DNA of 64,000 nt from Eledone cirrhosa (lineage: Eukaryota): NCBI GenBank assembly GCA_964016885.1, contig OZ024742.1:231074001-231138000 (forward strand), given 5' to 3'. The stretch's first letter is position 1. The number at the start of each line of letters is the position of its first letter. The notes beneath the pieces were generated by a model. It had not been told where the DNA came from. It worked only from the letters and a program-made list of their open reading frames with translations, and did no database searches. A program made the translations under genes and the position numbers. Shown here in pieces: positions 1-15,135 of this stretch.

Positions 1-393
1 TGCCTGTGCCGTGAAGCTTTTATAGTGAGCAAAGGCACTGCACAAAGCCAGTCCCACTCTCTTAACCAAGATGATATTTACCAAAAAGAAGAACAAGTCA
101 ACATCATTGGATACCATCAGGGTTGCAGGTGTTATATCAGAGTTTTCCTTCTCCTAGAATTCTGCCTTGACAAAGGCTAAGGGGTCATCTCTCCCACTGA
201 TTTTGGATGGCCATTGACTCTTAAGAGCTCCTTTGCCCTTTGACAGGTTTTGTTTTTAGTCCTGCAGGATGTCCAAAGTCACCCTCCTCACCAAGAAACC
301 TTGGTGGGGTTGCCAGTTTAGTCGCCAACGACCCGACCATGAGACAGGTTGTACTGGGATACATGTTACCAGTAGCACCAAGTGGTGACCTGA
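1..393 (-). mobile_element. 5' region of an RTE-type non-LTR element abutting an (ACAT)n tract
   Basis: Near-identical to 34113-34466 and similar to 1340-1713; all three end at ACAT repeats, and RTE 3' ends lie nearby in the same orientation. Confidence 0.55.
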
Positions 394-420
394 CATACAT
401 ACATACATACATACATACAG

Positions 421-940
421 CTGTCCAAAGATGTCATCGCGGTACTATCTACCTATGAGGCATGATGTAGTGGCCAAAACACTGTACAATGCAATCCGTA
501 GAAAACATAGCCCCGATAATAAACACATTAAAAACTACAGCAATGTGGAAGACATACATATACATAATATGAAAGAGTACTGGTGGAATGTCCCAGTAAA
601 AACCCCAATAAAATTCAAGCATAACAGACCAGATGTAATGATATAGGACAGGGAAAAGAAGGCTCGCACAGTAGTGGAAGTTAGCTCCCCAACAGATGCC
701 AATATAATATGAAATATTAGCGAAAAGGAGAATATGTATGCAGAAATTATGAGCAGTCTGTAGATACTCCACCCTGATTACACCTTCAGATTTATGCCTG
801 TGATTATTGGGGCACTGGGGTATGTTAGTAACTGCCTCGATACAAATCTTGAGAAGCTAGGCTTCACAGGAACAGAAAGAACACAACTAGTTAGGAAATT
901 ACAAGTACAGTAAAAATATGTAAAACATTCCAAAAATTCT
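421..940 (+). pseudogene. C-terminal restriction-like endonuclease (RLE) domain fragment of an R2/R4-group non-LTR retrotransposon
   Basis: Translation YYLPMRHDVVAK...YWWNVPVKT..KHNRPDVMI*D....VVEVS.P.D....EKE..Y...PVIIGALG carries the RHD and PD-D/E motifs; in-frame stops; starts in (ACAT)n. Confidence 0.8.
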
Positions 941-1218
941 GCATCTAATAACTGCATATACTCACGTACAGATACAAAGCATATGCACATGCACACATAC
1001 AACTCAAAATATACACATCCACACATACAATAACATCCATAGCTGCACACACATGCACGCATGCAGGCATGCAGCTATATCTACCTAGTTAATGTTGTGT
1101 AAATTCCAATGAGAGAGTCTTGTGTCTATGTTAGAAACCGGCTCTCTCTTGGAAAAAATTTGTGAAATTATAAAACCAGAAGAACATACATATGTAAGTA
1201 CGTACGTACGTACATACG

Positions 1219-1713
1219 TGATGGCTGCAAACTCTGCTAAGGGTACTGCAATCGCTTGTCAGATTATAGAGTTTGGTGCACTTTTAGGTTACGGCCAGCC
1301 ACACAAACCTGTAATATATCCTGAACAAGCAATATCTGTGCTTTGAAGATTTTTTAAGTGGGGAAAGGCCTTGCCCTCGACCAATCCCACTCTCTGAGTA
1401 TCGAAAACACTACCCGAAAAGGAGAACTGGTCAACATCATCGGATGCTTCCGAAGCCGCAGGGCTTTTTTTTCAGAGTTTCCATCTTAGAAAGGTGATGT
1501 GACAACAACTGGGGGGTCTTTCACTCCCAGGTGAAAAGCAAAGTACTATTTGGATGGCCGTTGACTCTGCTGATTTCCTCCGCCCTTAGCCGGGTCTTGT
1601 ATTTCATCCACCAGGCAAGCTTGGTGGGGTTGCCGGTTTAGTCACCGACGACCCGATCATGAGACAGGCTGTACTGGGTTACATGTTACCAGTAACACTC
1701 AAGAGCGACCTGA
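1219..1713 (-). mobile_element. Short bipartite non-autonomous RTE derivative (5' region fused to 3' end)
   Basis: 5' part homologous to 1-393; 3' terminus GAGTTTGCAGCCATC + ATGT repeats matches the RTE 3' end at 34571; no ORF. Confidence 0.55.
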
Positions 1714-2045
1714 CATACATACATTCCTGCATGTATGTTCTTTCTAATGACTCGGAGTCCGATAAAATAACTACCAGAAATATAGTGGAACCAATTCCTT
1801 GACTAGTTTACATGTCTATAGAATATTGGATTTGTTTCTCTTTAAAAGAAACCTATAACATTGTTCTTTATATATATATATATATATATACATATAGAGT
1901 ATATAGAGTATACTGTATTATGTAGAGCCCAGTAATTATACCTTGAGCTCATGAAATTACAGGGGATTAACGCGAGTCTTTAACTCCGTTTTTGCATTTG
2001 ATATATATATACATATATCAATATCAATATATATATATATATATA

Positions 2046-2165
2046 ACAAAGAGGGTCTGGTAAGATACCAGAGTACTCAATATTTACGGTAGTAGAGTGG
2101 GTAATAGGAAAAGAGTCAGGACCCCGACGGCTGAGCTCCGGCCGTTTCGACACCTAGATCTGGAT
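2046..2165 (-). mobile_element. Repeat family A fragment (3' half of a hammerhead) in (TA)n
   Basis: Minus strand GAAACGGC-cggagctca-GCCGTC-GGGGT; homologous to 3661-3800, 24780-24950, 56905-57080 and 58455-58645. Confidence 0.6.
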
Positions 2166-3089
2166 CTATATATATCCATCTCTTTGAAACGATGGTTAAC
2201 GATAACACTTTTACTTAGTACTTTTGTCATCAGTATATAAAATATATACCAGTAATATAATGGTTTGATTTACATCGATTATGACATTAACCTTTAAAGT
2301 ATTGGAATTGTTTCTATTTAAAAGAAACCAATAACTTTTTGTTCTAAAAAGATATGAATCAAACTTTTACTTAATATTTCTGTCATCAATATATCGAATA
2401 TCAATCGGTAATGGAACCTGGTACATTCAATGAAAATGAAAACTTTCATTTTGTTTAAAGTGAATGTAGACGAACAGTATTTATTTTAAAACCCGCCATT
2501 TTGATCGGTGGTGTCTGCTATTGTTTGCAAACAGCTTTCAAATGTTCGTCAGGGGAAAAAAGTGTTGACGTGCTTAAAAGCTTTTATCCTGTCTGTTCCT
2601 TTTCATTAAAGTACATATTTTTCAAAAGAAAACTGTCATTAAATATTTATGGGTCAGTGATTATTAAGGTTATGCGTCAATAGTGAGACATTCCAAACGA
2701 TTTTCAATATAAACTCTATGATCAATATTAAGTTTCAAAACACTTACTAAATCTACATAAAGTGTTTCGACTTGGCTATTCTTCACCTAAAATTCTGATC
2801 ATCTTTCCAATATTGATCTGATTATGTTCAGTACAAACTTAACAAAAGTTGTAAAATATACACAAAACTGCTAAAAAATATCTAAACAAAACAGTATCTT
2901 TAAAAGTCAATATTCTTTCTTTGAAAATTAAGAAAACAAAAGCGAAGGAAGTGTGTGTATCATATATCTAAAACCCTTCTAGACAAAATATTGTTTCCGA
3001 GGAATTTTCCCAATGAAATACATAGCGCCACTCTTCCTAGAAGCGTTTGAGTAGAAAGAATAAAATGGTAGCATTTTACTTTGGTTTAA

Positions 3090-3093
3090 TAAT

Positions 3094-3133
<40 letters not shown>

Positions 3134-3162
3134 GCAACAACAACAGCAACAACAACAATAAC
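3090..3162. repeat. (AAC)n microsatellite
   Basis: Direct reading. Confidence 0.95.
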
Positions 3163-3660
3163 AGGAAATTGTTTTTGATGAGCGAAACAATGGATTTCAT
3201 TATTTTGTTTTATCCTTTGGCATTTTCTTTTTTAAGAAAGAAATACGATTTGTTTTATTATAATCTTCAACGAAATCACAATATTTTTTCTTCCGTGTTA
3301 TTTTTCGTTAAATTGTTCATTTTATTTTTTTCCACAATTTTTTTATTTTATATTTTATACCCTTTTGAATGTGAGAAGTGAAAAACACTTAAAGTGTTGT
3401 ATGAAGCTATCAAAAAAACATGCGAAGATTTTATGTGACATTTCTTAGTCAGAACTGACATTTCTCATAACGCAACAAAATAATGAACATATTTTTATTC
3501 ATAAAGCATGATGTCCTCGAAGAAATTCTTTCGCATTTTCCATGAATACATGGGTCACTGTATGTCAGTATTTCACGGTCACGCTTATTTTTCCATACTT
3601 TCAATGTTCATTGTAGTTTTAGTAAACAAAAGTGTTACCTTCCGTTTCATATATATATAG

Positions 3661-3961
<301 letters not shown>

Positions 3962-4054
3962 CCTGGAGTTGCGACCGATAGATAGTACTAGCAACTGGAA
4001 AGACCAATGGAAACACTGTTTCCTCGGTCCGATTTGACGAAAGTCGATCGACTC

Positions 4055-4090
<36 letters not shown>

Positions 4091-4279
4091 CATTGGAGAC
4101 AATTAACGAACAAAAAATAAAAACAAGGGAAACAACACGGAAATCTTGATCATCGGCCGTCCCCTATCGGATAATACAGTTTTGCGTATTTCTGGAAATA
4201 TACATTTATGAAAAAGACGACTGTGATCTAACTTGATATCTTTTAGTAAGGAGTTTTCTTATTATTATTATTAGCCTTT

Positions 4280-4875
4280 TATGCTTAGTTTGCAGCAATA
4301 GCGTCCTTAAATCCATATGTGTGTTAAGGTTTCGAGGACTTCACCGATCCATCTTCAGAATCAGAATAGTCATATTAATGACGTATCGACCTTAGGGTGG
4401 TTATAACGGATCATTGTAGAGGTAGGGGATCATAGATACCTGATTTAAATGTTCTCAACGGTTAACGCATAACCGGTTTCCTGTATAACCGGTTTCCTGT
4501 ATAATGTATCTGTGTATTAATCTTTAGTTTATATTCTGATAATAGTAAAACCTGCAGAGTTTGTTACCCTTTCCTTGTTTAGAATTCTATGTAGAATTAT
4601 AGTGTTATCAATTGACATAGTTCTCTCTAATGTTTTGCACTTGTTGCTTGAAAATTGTGTTACAACGGTTCCTGGCTGTAAGTGCATAGTCGTGCTGTCT
4701 GACCGATGTAATCTTTTAATCATAGAATTGCCTCATTGTATTAGAAGTACACGCGTTTCCTCTTATTATCCGTACTACGTCCCACATAATACGAATAATA
4801 AGCCCTTACTTTGCACAATGATTTTTCTCCTTGAATTACAAACTTTTCGAAGAACTCTTTCCCTGTCAACATGAT
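4280..4875 (-). mobile_element. Decayed PLE 3' fragment (GIY-YIG remnant plus degenerate HHR)
   Basis: Minus strand YIGQTAR at ~4690-4710; CTGAAGA...GAAA at 4358-4330. Confidence 0.5.
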
Positions 4876-5365
4876 CTTATTACAACACTGTTATAGATCA
4901 ACCCCAGGTCATCTCTGATCATTAAGATAAATGATCAAGAGCGCTACAATCATTATCATTATCATCAGTAAGTGCAATTATCCATGGTGTACTTATTTTA
5001 AAATAGTAGTGTGTAATGTCAGGAAAATTTGGCTGCTATTTCTTGCTGATTTGATGACTACGTACAAACGTTCTCATGAGCTTGTTAACATAAGATAGCT
5101 TATGTGTGAGCCTCTGGCAAGGTTTACCATTCTAAACACAGCTGATATTTCTATAGAGGAGGAAAGGACAGAAAATGAGAGACGAGTCCACCCTAGTACT
5201 CCGAATAATTAAAGACAAAATTGACCTTTGTGGCATTTGAAGGCAGGGAGCTGGCACGAATAACATAGAGCGTTCTATCCGACTTTCTAATGTCTCTACC
5301 AATCACTGTATATGTGGGTCTATGTGTAAAGCTGGATTTAGATCTCAGCAGAAATGTTCACGCGT

Positions 5366-5453
<88 letters not shown>

Positions 5454-6536
5454 GCAGGGACACGTCTAAACACGTACACTTACACATTCATGTACAGAAT
5501 AAACAACAGATGCACTGGAAAACCTGTACAGAAACATGTTATTTTTAATGTAACACAACAGCGACCTGTAAGCACTTATACTAATACTACATGTGATTCA
5601 TCAATCACCCTCTTTATATTATTAACCTCCACTTCCATTATTATCTTATATTTCTTTCTTTTATTTATATTTCTACTGTTATTTGCATTTTTTCCTTCTG
5701 TGATTTTCATAAACATTTTAAAGGAGACACTTCTTTATTGTCGTCAACTAATGAAACGATCGGAAGATCAACAGGTGTGTTAACACAAATTCCATGATTA
5801 ATTCTTATAATTTCCTCAACTTAATTTTCTCCAATCAGACTAATAGCACTATATTTAGCGACATCAGTAGTATCCAATCCCACAACATCAGGTATGACAC
5901 TTTGGACACTTTTGACACCAGTTCTCCATATCTCAGATTGTGGAAAGAAGAACATAAAAAAAACTCTTAAAAGGCTCATTATATAATTAACATTGTTTTT
6001 AAAATCATGAGGGTATTATTGAATCACATCAAGATAATTCCATTAGAAATTATCACAGCCAAGTATATTTTCAAACACGACATACCATAATTACACTAAT
6101 TATTTTTGTTATTCAGAATAATGTTTTTTTGTTTTTTTCTTATAAAAACACAGAACCCAATTACGGTTATCATAACTAATAGAAAGTCCTAAATAATATT
6201 CCCTGTTGTGTTTTGTTGTTGTTGATTATTTGGTTTTTAGTTTGTGTAGAGCAAGTGTGTCAGATGCGATTAATTATTTGACATTCCTTAATCAGAAATA
6301 ATATCTATCAGAGTTTATTAGGCTCTGTATGAAGTAAACTATCTTTTTATATTTATGTTGATTGTTCATAGTGTGTGTGTGTATGTGTTGACATATGGCA
6401 GAGATACCAGTAATAGCATTGTGACACCAATGATAAAAGCCCGGACAGTGTGGGAGAAGGTTCACTGGCGTGCTGGACCCCAAACGCAGACCACCACGTA
6501 GTCCCAGAGGACTATAGCGAGGAAAACGCTTTGAAA

Positions 6537-6650
6537 TAATTGTTTCTACTTTTGGCACAAGGCCAGAAATTACCCAGTGTATTACTGGTACTTTATCTTA
6601 TCGACCCCGTAAGGATGAAATGCAAAGTTAACCTCGGCGGGATTTGAACT
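6537..6650 (-). mobile_element. tRNA-derived SINE family 1, 5'-truncated
   Basis: B box GAGTTCAAATCC and body match the full copies. Confidence 0.8.
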
Positions 6651-6739
6651 CATTGAAATAATATCAGTGTGTTACTGTCCTAGGTGACTTAGTGTTAGAT
6701 TGCTCCTCCGTCAGATGCGAAGACGAGCGTTCCAATTGT

Positions 6740-7025
6740 CTGAACAACGGCATGGCCTACTCGTGAAATTAACGTGCAAGTGGCTGAGCATTTCACAGAC
6801 ACATACCTGTGCCCTTAACGCAGTTCTCAGGGAGATTCAAGGTGGCATGTACCATTAACTAAGTTCTCGGAGAAATACGGCATGAGAGCGTGTGGGACAT
6901 GGTTGGTCCTTTGAATTACAGGCGCTAATCAACGATATAGAGTGTTTTGGTTAAGGACACAACTCACCGTCAGGAATTGAACTCACGACTGTGAGTTGAT
7001 CACCCTAACTACTAAGTTAGGTGTC
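6740..7025 (-). mobile_element. tRNA-derived SINE family 2, diverged
   Basis: Similar to 36370-36665 and 62700-63650. Confidence 0.6.
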
Positions 7026-8498
7026 TTCCTTATTGATTTACGTGTACTCTACACGTGTACATTCAGATTTCCACAAGAGCTAAGTTAGGTATAGTTCCTA
7101 TAACTCCTGATGTAGTTGTAGGGGTGCCGTCATGAGGCGGGGCCTATCTCATATCAGTTCTGAATAGAGCCGATTTCTCCAGAAAAAGAAAGAGAGGAAG
7201 GATCGAACCCAGTACTGGACTAGTACTTTAATAATTTACCAAATAGACGAAAAGCAGTGTTGATTTCGGTAGAATTTAAACTCTTGAGGTTGTAATCCGT
7301 AGCAAATAACGAAATATTTTAATCCGACGCTCACAAAGGAGAATTTCGGGTAGATCTATCTTCTCTTCAGTCTGTAACTCCTGGTTGAGTCGTAAAGGCT
7401 CAGTATGGTATGCAGTGTTTCTTGGTGATTTTTAAAATCTGGTGATACCAGTACTAGAGTGGTACTCTTTTTATTGACCTAAAAAAGAGGAAAGGCAAAA
7501 ATGACTTTGGCGGGAATTGAACTTATAGTGAAGCGTCGGAACAAATACAGCAAGGCATTCTATCCCACGTTCTAAATGCCTCCCAATTCACCGCCTTGTA
7601 GATCAATATTATAAGCTAAAATTTCACTTCACGTACGAAAATCTCGTAATATATAGTGTATCGTAATATATAGTGAAAAACATCTTTGCTGTTTGTTCTT
7701 CTGTCGTAATGGATGTAGCATAGTCGAATGTTTAAGAGGTGTGGCATCTTGAGGTGGCATCTTGAGCAAGAGTCTTTTACCATAGCCTCGGATCGACCCA
7801 AACCTTGTGAGTGAAATTGGGTAGACGGAAACTGAAGAGTACCTGTAATTCAAAAGGCCAGCTTTGTCACGCTGAATCTCCCAGGGAATTATGTTAAGAG
7901 TTCTTATGTCGAATGGAATGTCGTTAATTTCACTAAAATGCTGTTCTGTTGATCGAACAACTGGACCATTCATCATCGAAACATATGGAAACCTATTTCA
8001 TTCTTAGTAGCAGAAGTAGCAGGAACTTAGTACTGCGATGGATTAGCAATGGATTAGCATCCCGTCCAAGGAAAATATTGTACTTTCAATTGCTTAACGC
8101 CAGTTAAACCGCGATAAGCTCCGGACTCTCTGGGTTTGGGACAGACTTCAACCTATTCTTGTCCTTTTTAATTAAATATATTTCTAGACCACATAAACTA
8201 TAATCGATTACTATGTTTTAATCATCAGTGGTGTCACCGATTAGCATAGTCTAATGTTTAATTCAATAGTGTGACGGTTCTCCTTTTACATCTTATTCAA
8301 TTAAACATAAATAAATAAAAAGATTGTAATTTAACTGGAAACAGAAACTTAGTCTTGGCTGTTCTCCCATTTTACAACAGAAACTTTTACAAAACCTGCT
8401 ATGTTGTTAGGAATATAGAATGCACTTTTATTCTGAAGAAAAATATTTAGGGAAAAACTATTACACAGCTATACTTATACATGGTTTGTGTATACAAA

Positions 8499-8670
8499 TA
8501 ATTGTTTCTACTTTTGGCACAAGACCAGCAATTATCCCAGTGTATTACTGGTACTTTATTTTATCGACCCCGTAAGGATGAAAGGCAAAGTTAACCTCGG
8601 TGGGATTTGAACTCAGATCATAAAGGGCCGTAACTCTTTGCTGCAAAGCATGGCGTCCGACCCTCTACCC
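8499..8670 (-). mobile_element. SINE family 1
   Basis: Matches consensus of the full copies. Confidence 0.85.
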
Positions 8671-9947
8671 GTAAATAATATTATTTTATCATATTCCTTC
8701 CCTTTGACGCAAGTAAATTTTGACATTAAGTTTGGTGTAAAAAAAAGAATGCCTCTTTTACAAAAAATACGGTATATAGGAAGATGTTGCCTTCCGTATC
8801 TCAGTATCCCATTATAAAGCACTCTTACACAGATACTGAGGCAGCTTTAGTATGATCACTGTTTTCGATATAACGAGATGATGTCTATTATATATAAATA
8901 TATTATATATCGGCCCTTATATGCCTTTTTTTAACTACAGCGTGTTAATACTATAACTAATTTATTTTAGACGTAGGCTTAGGTGACTGGTTAAGAAGTT
9001 CGCTTCGCAGGCATCACGGACAAATGCCTCAAGCCTGCCCAAATCATGTGAATGAAATTATATAGGTATACGGAACTGTGGAGAAACCCATCTGATGGAA
9101 TGTCGCAGTAATTCAAAGCTCTAGCTTGTTACACATTGTCACGCTGGTTTGGTTTGTGAACTATCTTACGGACACATATATACTATGTATGATACACACG
9201 TATACTATGATACAACCCCGCATACTATGGTACTCAACCACGTACACTTTGATATAAGATGGACTGTCTCTGTAATTCAAAGGTCTAGCCTTGTCATGCA
9301 CTCTGTTGTGTTGATTCTTCTTTGGAGCTATATTAAGGATACAGGTGTTTGCGGAATACTCAACCACATATACTATAATACAAGACGGTCTGTACATGTA
9401 ATTCAAAGTTGCAAATTTCTCATACACTGTGTCACGTTAAATCTCTTTAAGAACTATGTTAAGGGACATATGTTTGTGAAATACGATGGAGGATAAACCA
9501 TCATGCTGATATAAGTTGGGTATTACGTTAAAGGTACATGTATCGATAGAGTATTCAACAATTTACACGCTAATTCATAAGCTAGACGTTCAGTTGAGTT
9601 ACTAACTTACTGCTCATCGTCGAGGCCGACGAAGTATCCATCATCTATCTTATTATCATGACATACACCAGCAGCACATATTGAGGTTCGTGCTGTCAGG
9701 CTAAGAAGTCTTACAGAACAGGAATTTCATTCACTGCACTGTCATTATTAGCTCTTAGAAGCTTCAGTTCTCTATGCAACAAATTCCACTTCACGAATTG
9801 TATTCCTGATAGATTCCTAGTCAGAACTGAAAAGAGTCTACACACGCCTTCCCCTTTGTTCACCTACTACACACTACACTTCACTTCCTTCTCGTCTTTC
9901 CTCTTTCTCTCTCTCTCTCTCTCTCTCATTATATAAATATATATATA

Positions 9948-10042
<95 letters not shown>

Positions 10043-10154
10043 TCCAACCCTGATCCACATGCATTAATCATTTTCAATCCGTTTTCGTTTACGCAGTTTA
10101 AATATATGTCTTGTATAAACTTAGTTAAGTTCTGCCAAAGCTTAATTACCCATT

Positions 10155-11545
10155 ATGCTGTTGGTGCTGTTGTTGTTGGTAGTGCTGATAGTGATGCTGG
10201 TGGTGCTGGTGTTGGTGCTGGTGTTGTTAGTGGTGGTGGTGGTAGTAGTAGTGGTATTGCTGGTGATGGTGGTGGTGGTGGTGGTACTGGTGGTGGTGTT
10301 GGTGTTGGTGTTGGTTATGGTGGTGGTGTTGGTGTTGGTGGTGGTGGTGTTGGTGCTGGTGTTGATAGTGGTGGTGGTAGTAGTAGTGGTATTGCTGGTG
10401 ATGGTGGTGGTGGTACTGGTGGTGGTGTTGGTGTTGGTGTTGGTTATGGTGGTGGTGTTGGTGTTGGTGTTGGTGGTGTTGGTGTTGGTGTTGTTAGTGG
10501 TGGTGGTGGTAGTAGTAGTGGTATTGCTGGTGATGGTGGTGGTGGTGGTGGTACTGGTGGTGGTGTTGGTGTTGGTGTTGGTTATGGTGGTGGTGTTGGT
10601 GTTGGTGTTGGTGGTGGTGGTGTTGGTGCTGGTGTTGATAGTGGTGGTGGTAGTAGTAGTGGTATTGCTGGTGATGGTGGTGGTGGTACTGGTGGTGGTG
10701 TTGGTGTTGGTGTTGGTTATGGTGGTGGTGTTGGTGTTGGTGTTGGTGGTGTTGGTGTTGATGGTGTTAGTGGTGGTGGTAGTAGTAGTGGTATTGCTGG
10801 TGGTGGTGGTGGTGGTGGTGGTGGTGGTGGTACTGGTGTTGGTGTTGGTGTTGGTGTTGGTGGTGATGGTGATGGTGATGGTGTTGGTGGTGATGGTGTT
10901 GGTGGTGGTGGTGGTACTGGTGGTACTGGTGGTGGTGGTGGTGGTGGTGGTACTGGTGTTGGTGTTGGTGTTGGTGTTGTTGGTGGTGGTGGTGGTGGTG
11001 GTATTAGTGTTGGTGTTGGTGGTGGTGGTGGTGGTACTGGTGTTGGTGGTGGTACTGGTGGTGGTGGTGGTGGTGGTGGTGGTGGTGGTGTTAGTGTTGG
11101 TGTTGGTGGTGGTGGTGGTACTGGTGTTGGTGGTGGTGGTGGTGGTGGTGGTACTGGTGTCGATGTTGGTTTTGGTGGTGGTGGTGATGGTGGTGGTACT
11201 GGTGTTGGCATTGGTGGTGGTGGTGATGGTGGTGGTGTTGGTGTTGGTGTTGGTGGTGGTGTTGGTGGTAGTGTTGGTGGTGGTGTTGGTGTTGGTGTTG
11301 GTGGTGGTGGTGGTGGTACTGGTGGTGGTGGTGGTGTTGGTGGTGGTACTGGTGGTGGTGGTGGTACTGGTGTTGGTGTTGGTGTTGGTGTTGGTGGTGG
11401 TGGTGGTGTTGGTGGTGGTACTGGTGGTGGTGGTGGTGGTGGTGGTACTGGTGTTGGTGTTGGTGGTGGTGGTGGTACTGGTGTTGGTGTTGGTGGTGGT
11501 GGTAGTGTTGGTGGTGGTACTGGTGTTGTTGATACAACCGCCGCT
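10155..11545. repeat. (GGT/GTT)-rich trinucleotide tract with ~130-140 bp higher-order units
   Basis: Motif AGTAGTAGTGGTATTGCTGGT recurs at ~10243, 10378, 10511, 10652 and 10781. Confidence 0.9.
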
Positions 11546-12832
11546 GCAGTTGGTGATAGCTTTTGTAGCAGTGATGATGTTGATGATGATAGTGTCGGGG
11601 GTGGTATTAATATTGTTGATCGTAGTGTCCTTCTTGACAGTGTTGCTGTTTTTGATGTTGATGATGGTGTTATTGGTGTTGACGGTAGTGTTAGTGTATT
11701 TATAGGTGATGTGGGGAGTATTGCTAGTATTGTTAATGTTCTTGTTGTGGTGGTAATGGTTGTTTAGGAACCTGTTCGGGTGGAGAGTATCTGTAATTCA
11801 AAAGAACAATCTTATCACTAACTGTCATACTGAATCTGTCATGCTGAGATACGTTAATATTACACACATCTGTAGAATGCTCAGTCACTTACACCAGGAG
11901 GAGGATCTGTTTTTCGAGCAGCTGAAACACTGTTCATCGAAACCGATGGAGGTTCAACAACATTTGAAGGATGTTGTAGTTTGCAGGAAACATTGTGGGA
12001 AGTATAGAAACAGTATTGTAGAAGGTTACAGCAATTTTGTAGTAAGCAAATATAGATCTCGATATTATTACCTTACGTACCTTCAATCTTTTGACAAGTG
12101 TATATCCTGAAATATATAAAATCTATTAAATATTTCCAGCACTTTTCTATTGTTATTTTTAATATTTCATAATGTTTGATCTACATTACTGAAGCCTTCT
12201 AAAATATTATTTTTTCATAATTATAAATGTTATTTTTTTTACTCTACACCAAATAAGATATGTGTGATATTCAGATTGAAGTAGAAGCAAAAAAGCGGTG
12301 AATACAAAAATAAGAAAACGAAAAACCACGAGCAATTGAGCAATAGCTAATATATTATGCTGTGAAGGGGAAAACGAGAAAGTGACGTTTCGAATATTGG
12401 ATCTTCGTCAAGGTAAATGAATGAAGAAGCTGGATCCTGTAAGTTGTGTTGTAACAAGGACCATATCAAAATTAGGTTCCATATGTATCACGTCCCATGT
12501 GGAATTTTCTGTAAACATCAAGCCGCATTGTTTGCATACGAAAATGGATTTACTAAGGTTATAATACGACTTTGAAGTTCTATTCAGGCACACGTAGAAC
12601 TATTAAGGAATACAGGAATCCATACATATACACCTTCCCTCACATATACAGATATACACATAAAGACATACGTACATATACGATCTCTCATATATACTGC
12701 TAAACACATACACATATAATGTTCTTATTGTTTAGCCCCAGATCAGCCCTGATCAATCAGACATGTCATCAAAGATATTTTAACGTCGATTACACTGTCA
12801 GTACTTCACCATCTCACTAGTTTAACCTAGAG

Positions 12833-13002
12833 CAGGGTTTCCCAAACCTTTTCAAACGCGGAACCCTTTTTGATTCAGAAACTTTTGAGGGAACCCCAAA
12901 ATCTAATACTGTTATATGGTCGTAATATATATAAATATACACCTCTAACTTTTTCACGGAAATGCAGACACTCCTTTGCGGAACCCACTTTGGAAACCAC
13001 TA
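12833..13002. mobile_element. hAT/Charlie-like MITE
   Basis: TIRs CAGGGTTTCCCAAA / TTTGGAAACCACTA; imperfect 8-bp TSD acctagag / ccttagag. Confidence 0.7.
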
Positions 13003-13319
13003 CCTTAGAGGGACAGCAGTCCCATAATTTTTGTTTAAGAAATATTTTGGGATGGATCTGACTCGCTGTGTCAAACTTTGTAATTATTCGTTCAGAAATA
13101 GCGACGATTTTCAACATTAACAAGCAAACTTTTGTATTTATTATATCCATGTACGTGGGCTTCTGTCTTTCGTATGGGGAGCGCGTAAGTGTGAGTATAT
13201 GTGTGTTAATCCTACAATGTTTTAATGTAAGTGAACATTATAAACATATTCATCTGACGCAAGCATTAAATCCTGTATATGTATGCTTGTGTGAAGAGTG
13301 AGTATGTATGCGTATGTGA

Positions 13320-15135
<1,816 letters not shown>

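Noticed and set aside
10106-11767. Gly-rich 553-aa and Val-rich 516-aa plus-strand ORFs; Pro/His ORFs on the minus strand
   Set aside because: By-products of a GGT/GTT repeat that is open in most frames; no domain or plus-strand splice support
12250-12600. Minus-strand coding exon (MCLNRTSK..., hydrophobic stretch)
   Set aside because: Short, interrupted by stops, no recognisable motif
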